Both the position numbers and the translations under genes were made by a program. DNA of 64,000 bases from positions 192,175 through 256,174 of the forward strand of contig DATEHU010000034.1 in assembly GCA_035279405.1 (NCBI GenBank). The letters run 5' to 3'. Origin of the DNA: Gammaproteobacteria bacterium (lineage in GTDB: Bacteria > Pseudomonadota > Gammaproteobacteria > Natronospirales > REEB76). The first letter of the stretch is position 1, and each line of letters opens with the position of its first letter. Under the pieces are notes generated by a model. It saw only the letters and a list, made by a program, of their open reading frames with translations. It had not been told where the DNA came from and ran no database searches. Below, piece after piece: positions 1 to 12,542 of this stretch.

Positions 1-1
1 T

Positions 2-1300
<1,299 letters not shown>

Positions 1301-1335
1301 GAAAAACCCGCGGCGGGTAGCGAGGATAAGCGCAC

Positions 1336-1809
1336 ATGAACATCAACGTGTCCCTGATCGGCGAAGCCATCGTCTTCGGTTTGTTCATCTGGCTCACCAT
1401 GAAGTACATCTGGCCTTACATCACCAAGGCCATGGACGAGCGCGCCAGCAAAATCGCCGACGGCCTGGCCGCGGGCGAGCGCGGCCGCAAGGATCTGGAG
1501 AACGCCCAGGTCAAGGCCACCGAGCTGCTGCATTCGGCGCGCGATCGCGGCGCCGAAGTCGTGGAAGTAGCGAACCAGCAGGCGGCCCGTGTCCTCGAAG
1601 AGGCGCGCAAGGATGCGCAGGCCGAGCGCCAGCGTCAGGTGGACGCAGCCAAAGCGGAAATCCAGCAGGAACTCAACCGTGCCAAGCAAGCCTTGCGCGC
1701 GGAAGTGGCGAATATTGCCGTGACCGCCGCCGGCCGCATCCTCGAGCGCGAGATCGATCCGCGCGCGCACAAGGCGCTGCTGGATGAGCTGGCGCGACAG
1801 ATTCACTGA
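1336..1809 (+). CDS. atpF: F0F1 ATP synthase subunit b
   Basis: Single N-terminal TM followed by a long charged helical region, in the expected operon position. Confidence 0.9.
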   Translation: MNINVSLIGEAIVFGLFIWLTMKYIWPYITKAMDERASKIADGLAAGERGRKDLENAQVKATELLHSARDRGAEVVEVANQQAARVLEEARKDAQAERQRQVDAAKAEIQQELNRAKQALRAEVANIAVTAAGRILEREIDPRAHKALLDELARQIH

Positions 1810-1823
1810 GTCCCGGTGACGAC

Positions 1824-2369
1824 ATGGCTGAAACTCTGACCCTCGCGCGCCCCTACGCCAAAGCGGTGTTCGAGCTGGCGCGCACGCGCCACGCGGAGGA
1901 ACGCTGGAGCAAACTGCTCGCGTTGCTGGTCACGCTGGTCGGCAATCGCGAAGCCCGGGTGATGCTCGGCGATCCGCGCGTGCCGGCCGGAGTGCGTGCC
2001 GAAGTTTTGCTGGACTTGTGCGCCAAATCCGGCCACAAGCCGGACGCGCAGGAGCGCAATTTCGTGCGCCTGTTGGCGGATTACCGGCGTCTCGCGGTGT
2101 TGCCCGAGATTGCCGCCGAGTACCGCGCATTGCGCGAACAGGCGGAGAGCCTGGTGGAAGTTGAAATGCGCGCCGCCGTGCCGGTGAGCGAGGCGGAGCA
2201 AAGCACAATGCGCGCCGCGCTCGAGAAGAAGCTCGAGCGCAAGGTGAAACTCAGCTGCGTGACCGACAAGGCGCTGATCGGCGGCGCGGTGTTGCGCGCC
2301 GGCGATCTGGTGATTGACGGTTCGGTGCGCGGCAAGCTTGGACGCCTGGCCGCGGCCATCATTCAATAA
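1824..2369 (+). CDS. atpH: F0F1 ATP synthase subunit delta (OSCP)
   Basis: N-terminal LARPYAKAVFELA motif typical of delta/OSCP, in the expected operon position. Confidence 0.9.
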   Translation: MAETLTLARPYAKAVFELARTRHAEERWSKLLALLVTLVGNREARVMLGDPRVPAGVRAEVLLDLCAKSGHKPDAQERNFVRLLADYRRLAVLPEIAAEYRALREQAESLVEVEMRAAVPVSEAEQSTMRAALEKKLERKVKLSCVTDKALIGGAVLRAGDLVIDGSVRGKLGRLAAAIIQ

Positions 2370-2393
2370 ACGTATCTCCCAGGAAATTCGATC

Positions 2394-3935
<1,542 letters not shown>

Positions 3936-3956
3936 CGGTGGATTCGCGGCCGTCTT

Positions 3957-4077
3957 GTGGGAGCGGTGATATTCGCCGCGATTCCGTATGTATTGCGGTC
4001 GGGACGACCGCTCCCACCATATTTATGGTGAGAGCTTAACCCCCTCACTTTGGTCTCTCCCCCGGAAGGGGGCGAGA
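3957..4077. repeat. Composite palindromic (REP-like) element in the atpA-atpG spacer
   Basis: 11-bp inverted repeat GTGGGAGCGGT (3957-3967) / ACCGCTCCCAC (4007-4017), plus the hairpin TCTCCCCC-GGAA-GGGGGCGAGA (4056-4077). Confidence 0.55.
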
Positions 4078-4105
4078 AAACAGGGAAACAGAGACAGCCG
4101 AATAT

Positions 4106-6489
<2,384 letters not shown>

Positions 6490-6509
6490 GACGCGCACTG
6501 GGAAGCTTT

Positions 6510-6938
6510 ATGCCCATGACTTTTCATGTAGATGTGGTGAGCGCCGAGCAGGAGATTTTCTCCGGCAAGGCCGAGATGGTGTTTGCGCCTGCCGAAATGG
6601 GTGAGCTCGGCATCACGCCGCGGCACGCGCCGCTGTTGACCCGCCTCGAGCCCGGAACCGTGCGCGTCAAAACCGGGCCTGATGAAGATGCCATCTTCTA
6701 CGTGTCCGGCGGCATCCTTGAAATCCAGCCGCATCTGGTCACAGTGCTGTCCGACACTGCACTGCGCGCGCGTGACATAGACGAAGCTGCTGCGCTGGAG
6801 GCCAAGCGCCGCGCCGAGGAAGCCCTGGCCAACCAGACCGGTGAGGTGGACATCGTGCGCGCCCAGGCGGAACTCATGGAAGCGCTGGCGCGGCTGCGCA
6901 CGCTGGAGAAAATCCGCAAGCAGCTCGGCGGGCATTGA
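6510..6938 (+). CDS. atpC: F0F1 ATP synthase subunit epsilon
   Basis: 142 aa with epsilon-like N-terminal beta region (FHVDVVSAEQEIFSG) and C-terminal helices. The start may be ATG at 6516. Confidence 0.92.
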   Translation: MPMTFHVDVVSAEQEIFSGKAEMVFAPAEMGELGITPRHAPLLTRLEPGTVRVKTGPDEDAIFYVSGGILEIQPHLVTVLSDTALRARDIDEAAALEAKRRAEEALANQTGEVDIVRAQAELMEALARLRTLEKIRKQLGGH

Positions 6939-7004
6939 TGGCCCTGCGGCGCCTGGTTTTTCCCTTATCATAAGAATTCCCTGATTCCGGGTTACCGGGC
7001 CACC

Positions 7005-8366
7005 ATGCCATTCAGCGTCGTCATCCTGGCCGCGGGTCAGGGCAAGCGCATGCATTCCGACCTGCCCAAGGTATTGCAGCCTCTGGGCGGCCGCACGTTA
7101 TTGGAACACGTGGTAGCCACCGCAGCCTTGCTCAAGCCGGACGCGATGTATGTGGTGTACGGTCACGGCGGCGAGCAGGTCCAAGAAGCGCTCAAACATC
7201 TCGACGTGCGTTGGGTGAGCCAGGCAGAACAGCTCGGCACCGGACATGCCGTGCTGCAAGCGCTGCCGCAGATCCCCGACGAACACCGGGTGCTGGTGTT
7301 GTACGGCGACGTCCCACTGCTGCGTGTGACGACGCTGCAGAAGTTGCTCGCCGCCGCGACGCGCGGCGAGCTTGCGATTCTTACTGCGAACCTTTCCGAC
7401 CCGACCGGATATGGCCGGATCGTGCGCGACGCCGAAGGCCAGGTGGCACGGGTGGTGGAACAGAAAGACGCCAGCGCGGCGGAACTGCGCATCGCCGAAG
7501 TCAGCACCGGCCCGCTGGCGTGCCAGGCCGGGTCGCTGCGTCGCTGGCTGAAGAGTCTCGGCAACGACAACGCCCAGAAGGAATACTATCTGCCGGACGT
7601 GGTGCCGGCCGCCATGGGGGAGGGAGTTTTGGTGACAGCCATCACGGTAGCCGATGAATCCGAGGTCGCGGGCGTCAATGACCGCGCACAGCTCGCCGCC
7701 GCCGAACGCGCACTGCGTCGCGTGCGCGCCGCGGACCTCATGCAGCGCGGCGCAATTCTGCGCGACCCCGAGCGCATCGACGTGCGCGGTGAACTCGAGT
7801 GCGGTCGCGACGTGGTGATTGACATCAACTGCATATTCGAAGGCCGGGTGAAACTCGGCCACCGCGTGCGTATCGGCCCGAACGTGCTGGTCCGCGATTG
7901 CGAACTCGGCGACGATACCGAGGTGTACGCCAACAGCGTGCTGGAGGGCGCGAGCATCGGTGCACGTGTGCGCATCGGCCCGTTTGCACGCCTGCGGCCG
8001 GGCGCCGCGCTCGCCGAAGAAGTGCACATTGGCAATTTTGTCGAGGTCAAGAACAGCCAACTGGGTGCGGGCACCAAGGCTAATCATTTGGCGTATCTCG
8101 GCGACGCCGAAATCGGCCGGCAGGTGAACGTCGGCGCCGGCACCATCACCTGCAATTACGATGGAGTGAACAAACACCGCACGGTGATCGGTGACGACGC
8201 ATTCATCGGCTCCAATACCTCGCTGGTGGCGCCGGTGACTGTGGGTGCGGGCGCCACCATCGGCGCCGGCTCGGTGATTTCAAAGGAAGCGCCGGCAGGC
8301 GAGCTTACCCTGGAGCGCGCACAGCAGAAGACTGTGACGGGATGGAAACGGCCACAGAGGAAATGA
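7005..8366 (+). CDS. glmU: Bifunctional UDP-N-acetylglucosamine diphosphorylase / glucosamine-1-phosphate N-acetyltransferase
   Basis: N-terminal LAAGQGKRM nucleotidyltransferase motif and C-terminal left-handed beta-helix hexapeptide repeats, positioned after atpC. Confidence 0.95.
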   Translation: MPFSVVILAAGQGKRMHSDLPKVLQPLGGRTLLEHVVATAALLKPDAMYVVYGHGGEQVQEALKHLDVRWVSQAEQLGTGHAVLQALPQIPDEHRVLVLYGDVPLLRVTTLQKLLAAATRGELAILTANLSDPTGYGRIVRDAEGQVARVVEQKDASAAELRIAEVSTGPLACQAGSLRRWLKSLGNDNAQKEYYLPDVVPAAMGEGVLVTAITVADESEVAGVNDRAQLAAAERALRRVRAADLMQRGAILRDPERIDVRGELECGRDVVIDINCIFEGRVKLGHRVRIGPNVLVRDCELGDDTEVYANSVLEGASIGARVRIGPFARLRPGAALAEEVHIGNFVEVKNSQLGAGTKANHLAYLGDAEIGRQVNVGAGTITCNYDGVNKHRTVIGDDAFIGSNTSLVAPVTVGAGATIGAGSVISKEAPAGELTLERAQQKTVTGWKRPQRK

Positions 8367-8461
8367 GGCGTGAGGGGTGAGGCCGGGCGCTTCGCGCCCT
8401 GGTGAGGTGTCCAGTCCTCACTTCCTCACAGCGAACGTAGTGAGCGGCCTCACTCCTCACC
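8365..8461. repeat. GTGAGG/CCTCAC palindromic intergenic repeat, copy 2
   Basis: GTGAGG units, an internal GGGCGC-TTC-GCGCCC hairpin, and the same 3-prime module as 4970-5049. Confidence 0.6.
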
Positions 8462-8523
8462 AAACAGCGCGCGAAGCATGATGAGCGGGTAACCCAATAG
8501 GAAGTTTAAGGAGAAACCTTGGA

Positions 8524-10350
8524 ATGTGCGGAATCGTAGGAGCAGTCGCCGGGCGTGACGTGGTGCCGCTGCTGGTCGAGGGCCTGCAGCGGCTCGAATA
8601 CCGCGGCTACGACTCGGCGGGCGTGGCAGTGCTGAACGGCGGCATCCGGCGGATACGCACCGTGGGCCGGGTGGCGGAGCTGCGCGGCAAGGCCAAAACC
8701 GAACGCCTGCAGGGTTTCATCGGCATCGGCCATACGCGCTGGGCCACGCATGGTGGCGTCACCGAAGCCAACGCGCATCCGCACGTGTCGCGCGACGAGC
8801 TCGCGGTGGTGCACAACGGCATCATCGAGAATCACGAGCAGCAGCGTGCGCGTCTGCAGAAACTCGGCTATGAATTCGAATCCCAGACCGACACCGAAGT
8901 CATCGCCCACCTGATTCACTATCACTTTTCGCAGAGCCATGACCTGTTTGCCGCGCTGCAAAAGGCAGTGCATGAGCTGATCGGCGCGTATGCCATCGGC
9001 GCAGTCGCGCTCAAGGCTCCCGAAGTCATGGTGTGCGCGCGCATGGGTTGCCCGCTACTCATCGGCCTGGGCAAGGGCGAGAACTTCATCGCTTCGGATG
9101 TTTCCGCGGTGCTCGCCGCCACGCGCCGGGTGATTTATCTCGAAGACGGCGACGTCGCTGAGCTGCGCCGCGAGCGCGTCCGCATCGTAGACCGCGACGG
9201 CCGGGCGGTCGAGCGCAAGGTGCACGAAAGTGATGTATCGCTGGCCTCGATGGAACTCGGGCCTTATCAACATTTCATGCAGAAGGAAATCCACGAGCAG
9301 CCGCACGCGCTCACGGATACGCTGGAGAGCACGATTTCGGAAGGCTTCACGCCGGCGCTGTTCGGCAAACAGGCGGCGGCGGTGTTCAAGGATGTGGATG
9401 CGGTGCAAGTCCTCGCGGCCGGCACCAGCTATTATGCCGGCCTGACCGCCAAGTACTGGATTGAGAGCTTCGCCAAGCTGCCGGTCGGCGTGGAGATCGC
9501 CAGCGAATACCGCTACCGCGATTCCGTGGCCGACCCGCGTCAGTTGATCATCACCATTTCGCAGTCCGGGGAGACGCTCGATACGCTCGAAGCGCTCAAG
9601 CACGCGAAAAAGCTGGGCCAGGCCAAGACCCTGTCCATCTGCAACGTGCAGGAAAGCGCCATTCCGCGCGCCTCGGAACTGGTGTTCCATACCCGCGCCG
9701 GCGCGGAAATCGGCGTGGCTTCGACCAAGGCGTTCACCACGCAGCTCGCCGCGCTGTTCGTGCTCGCGGTGACGCTCGCCCGTGTGCGTGGCTTGTTGGA
9801 TGAGCAGAAACTCGCCGTCTACATGGAAAGCCTGCGGCATCTGCCCGGCAGCGTGCAGCATGCGCTCAATCTGGAGCCGCAAATTGCCGAATGGTCAAAG
9901 CGCTTCGCACCCAAACAGCACGCGCTGTTCCTGGGGCGCGGCATTCACTACCCGATCGCGCTCGAAGGCGCGCTCAAGCTCAAGGAAATCTCCTATATCC
10001 ACGCCGAAGCCTATCCCGCCGGCGAGCTGAAACATGGCCCGCTGGCGCTCGTGGACAAGGACATGCCGGTAGTGGTGATTGCGCCTAATGACGCGCTGCT
10101 GGAAAAACTGAAATCCAACATGCAGGAAGTGCGCGCCCGCGGCGGAGAGCTGTTCGTGTTTGCCGATGCGGACAGCCATTTCGCCGAGAGCAACTTGGTG
10201 CACGTGATCCGCACGCCGCGCCACGCCGGCATTCTCTCGCCCATCGTACACGCCATCCCGGTGCAACTCCTTGCCTACCACACCGCCCTCGCGCGTGGCA
10301 CGGATGTGGACAAACCGCGCAATCTGGCTAAATCTGTGACTGTTGAATAG
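8524..10350 (+). CDS. glmS: Glutamine--fructose-6-phosphate aminotransferase
   Basis: MCGIVG N-terminal nucleophile Cys, two SIS domains, and the C-terminus [12 protein letters not shown]. Confidence 0.98.
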   Translation: MCGIVGAVAGRDVVPLLVEGLQRLEYRGYDSAGVAVLNGGIRRIRTVGRVAELRGKAKTERLQGFIGIGHTRWATHGGVTEANAHPHVSRDELAVVHNGIIENHEQQRARLQKLGYEFESQTDTEVIAHLIHYHFSQSHDLFAALQKAVHELIGAYAIGAVALKAPEVMVCARMGCPLLIGLGKGENFIASDVSAVLAATRRVIYLEDGDVAELRRERVRIVDRDGRAVERKVHESDVSLASMELGPYQHFMQKEIHEQPHALTDTLESTISEGFTPALFGKQAAAVFKDVDAVQVLAAGTSYYAGLTAKYWIESFAKLPVGVEIASEYRYRDSVADPRQLIITISQSGETLDTLEALKHAKKLGQAKTLSICNVQESAIPRASELVFHTRAGAEIGVASTKAFTTQLAALFVLAVTLARVRGLLDEQKLAVYMESLRHLPGSVQHALNLEPQIAEWSKRFAPKQHALFLGRGIHYPIALEGALKLKEISYIHAEAYPAGELKHGPLALVDKDMPVVVIAPNDALLEKLKSNMQEVRARGGELFVFADADSHFAESNLVHVIRTPRHAGILSPIVHAIPVQLLAYHTALARGTDVDKPRNLAKSVTVE

Positions 10351-10450
10351 TTTAATGTTATCGCCCGAGACGCGTTGCTATATGTACGACAACACGAATC
10401 TCTGGATGATTTCATTCAGCCTGTAGCTATTGGCCTTTAGAAATTCAGCA

Positions 10451-11014
10451 ATGAGTGAAAATGACAAAAAACCTCTCGAATTGACCGCGCTTTACAAGCG
10501 TCACTCCGGTCTCACACGCGCAATTAGTGACACCTTTTACGAAGCCGTATCAATTTGCCTCAGCCGGCACCACGTTTCTCCTGTTGATATGAGGATAGAA
10601 TGTGATAAAAGGGCGACTAAGAGGACGGCAGAATTTGCAACCCCGACCGTTAGAACACTCAATGCGTGGGCAAACAATATAGATACTACAGAAAGTGGCG
10701 CCTATGGTGTTTGTCTTGCTGCGATAGAAGTTGAGGAAGATATGATTGCCGTAAGGCGTGCAGAAACACTAACGGGTGCAGATTGGTATGTTGCTCCGAT
10801 GGGCACGCGAGCAGATGATTTGGAACGATGCCTGCGCTTGGAGGTATCAGGTGTTGACGGTGGAACTCAGTCTACATTGAAAACGCGTCTTAGACAGAAA
10901 GTCGAACAAACGAAGCGCGGTGTGAGCAACATTCCGGCAATTGCTAGCGTAGTGGGGTTCAAGGAAAAAACCATAATGATTCAGACTGTAGAAAGAAGCG
11001 ATGACATGGCTTGA
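10451..11014 (+). CDS. Hypothetical protein, islet ORF1 (possible PD-(D/E)xK-like fold)
   Basis: Long ORF in the low-GC islet. The first ATG is at 10451 (the ORF track uses TTG at 10430). Its stop overlaps the ORF2 start by 14 nt. I recognise no family; the motif pattern E..D(GADWYV)..E-V-S(LEVSG) is only suggestive. Confidence 0.7.
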   Translation: MSENDKKPLELTALYKRHSGLTRAISDTFYEAVSICLSRHHVSPVDMRIECDKRATKRTAEFATPTVRTLNAWANNIDTTESGAYGVCLAAIEVEEDMIAVRRAETLTGADWYVAPMGTRADDLERCLRLEVSGVDGGTQSTLKTRLRQKVEQTKRGVSNIPAIASVVGFKEKTIMIQTVERSDDMA

Positions 11015-12110
11015 TTATCATGCAGCCAGCGAAAAACTGGCGAGTGAGGCTCAGTCAGCCCAGCTAGAAAGAAATATCAAGCGGGCACGCGAGTTGTACC
11101 GTGCTGCTGCGCAGGCCGAACGTAGGGCGCTTGATGAAGTTGACGTATCGAAGGCAAGAACTAGGGGCGTAACCGCTGTAAGTGCCGTGGCCCTATGGTT
11201 TAAAGCATTCGAATTCGTTGAGGCTGAGCGCCTTGCGTATTCGCTCTTGGCCGATCCGGACATTCCTAATTTTGCGCGTGGCGAATTGAGAACCCTAGTG
11301 CAAGCTATATGGACAGAGGCTTCAAAACAAGAAGCCAATGTAGACTTTGTGCCGGGACAAGTGCTTGTTTCAGTTAAGGGTGGTGAAGTCATTACTGGTG
11401 GTGCACCGCTAGATTTGATCGTTGACAAAGTTCAGACGATTCAATCAATGTTCTATAGAACAATAGAGTTTCTTAATGGAGCGGCACACCGAAGGACGGG
11501 CCGTCCGACAAAAGAAATACAAGAAGCATGCAGGCCGTGGCTTTTCCAGTCAGCTCCTGGAAGTTATCAGTTTGCTGTAGCAATTCAGAAGCCGCTACAG
11601 TCTGACTTTTTCCGAGAAAACGTTCAACCTGAACAAATTGCCCGCCACTTCCTGGATATTGTTGACGCTTCTTCTCAACAGGACACAACGGAATTGAAAA
11701 GGCTTGTGGGAGATGACAGTTACAGGAGCACGTTCTTAAAACTTGCACGAAATCTTGCACCCACGGGCAGGTCATTTGAGAGGATTGAGCTGAAAATACC
11801 TGGGGATCCTCATCGAGTAAGTCTTGGAGCTGATTCTCGTGGGAATATTAACCAGCAATTACATCAAATGGTCGAGCCTCAGGTAAGCTCAAGCGAAGAA
11901 CTAACCGAGTTGCACGGTATTTTGCGTGCTGTACATTTGGACAAAGACTGGATCGAAATACATGTCGAAAGCGGGTTTATACATGTGGATAATCTTCGGG
12001 ACGCTGTCGACGATGTGATTGGGCCCATGGTGAATCGCTCCGTTGTGATTCAAGCGGTTCACACAGCAAGTAACAAGTATAAGTTTGTGGATATTGAATT
12101 AGCCGACTAG
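11001..12110 (+). CDS. Hypothetical protein, islet ORF2 (N-terminal helical repeat region, unknown C-terminal domain)
   Basis: 369-aa ORF whose ATG at 11001 overlaps the end of ORF1. I recognise no family. Confidence 0.75.
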   Translation: MTWLDYHAASEKLASEAQSAQLERNIKRARELYRAAAQAERRALDEVDVSKARTRGVTAVSAVALWFKAFEFVEAERLAYSLLADPDIPNFARGELRTLVQAIWTEASKQEANVDFVPGQVLVSVKGGEVITGGAPLDLIVDKVQTIQSMFYRTIEFLNGAAHRRTGRPTKEIQEACRPWLFQSAPGSYQFAVAIQKPLQSDFFRENVQPEQIARHFLDIVDASSQQDTTELKRLVGDDSYRSTFLKLARNLAPTGRSFERIELKIPGDPHRVSLGADSRGNINQQLHQMVEPQVSSSEELTELHGILRAVHLDKDWIEIHVESGFIHVDNLRDAVDDVIGPMVNRSVVIQAVHTASNKYKFVDIELAD

Positions 12111-12180
12111 GAATACTTCCACTCCACGCAGTCGGTGGATTTGTAAATCCTGTGCCGGGCTGTTGTGGATCTCAATAAAG

Positions 12181-12272
12181 AGCAACGCTGCACCACCTGT
12201 GCGCGGAGCTTTTCCACCAGTTCTGGATTGGCGAGGGTGGTGATCTCGTTTGCGTCACGGCCGCTGGAGAGC
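12181..12272 (-). pseudogene. Fragment homologous to the 3-prime end of acetyl-CoA synthetase
   Basis: Ungapped alignment to 20759-20846 at about 75% nt identity (hand count 66/88). The minus-strand translation LSSGRDANEITTLANPELVEKLRAQVVQR matches the intact Acs C-terminus LSAGRDPGDITTLANPEVVEKIRAQVAQH. The stop is lost and the rest of the gene is absent. Confidence 0.75.
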
Positions 12273-12429
12273 TAAGTGAATCGTGGCGCTCGCGCCGATC
12301 TGAAACTTGTCGATGTCATTTGACAATCATGACAGTGAACTCGAATTCAGCTCTCAATGCAGATTCAGGAATACTTACAGTTCGTGATGATATAACTGCG
12401 AGCGAGCTGCATGTGGTTTGGCGCAACCA

Positions 12430-12524
12430 ATGAAACTCTTGGCCTCATCGGCGGCATGAGTTGGGAGTCCACCGCCCATTACTACACGCGTATTAACCAG
12501 TTGGTGACGGAGCGCCGCCTTTAG
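12430..12524 (+). pseudogene. Frameshifted 5-prime fragment of an Asp/Glu racemase gene
   Basis: About 85% nt identity (hand count 74/87) to the start of the intact racemase gene at 19870. A 1-nt deletion after the ATG breaks the frame. The corrected frame reads TLGLIGGMSWESTAHYYTRINQLVTERRL then a stop. Confidence 0.78.
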
Positions 12525-12542
12525 AGCGCCGCGAGCATACGG

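Larger units (their letters stand above)
10351..12542. other. Low-GC accessory islet at the glmS 3-prime flank (attTn7-type position)
   Basis: Hand-counted lines give about 45-50% G+C inside versus about 63-67% in glmS and the GH92 gene. Contains two unknown ORFs plus decayed gene fragments, with no mobility genes. Confidence 0.7.

Noticed and set aside
8367-8523. A cis-regulatory RNA (glmS ribozyme) or a mini CRISPR-like array upstream of glmS.
   Set aside because: The glmS ribozyme is a Gram-positive feature and I saw none of its conserved core. The GTGAGG units are irregular and palindromic with no unique spacers, so this is a REP-like element and not a CRISPR array.
10351-10450. Possible Tn7 / Tn7-like right end or CAST remnants just downstream of glmS.
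   Set aside because: I looked for TGT-terminal inverted repeats and repeated 20-22-bp TnsB-type sites and for their mirror at 12110-12540. Only weak TGTA-type matches (10383, 10422) were found, with no tns, cas or guide-like array, so no element ends can be claimed.
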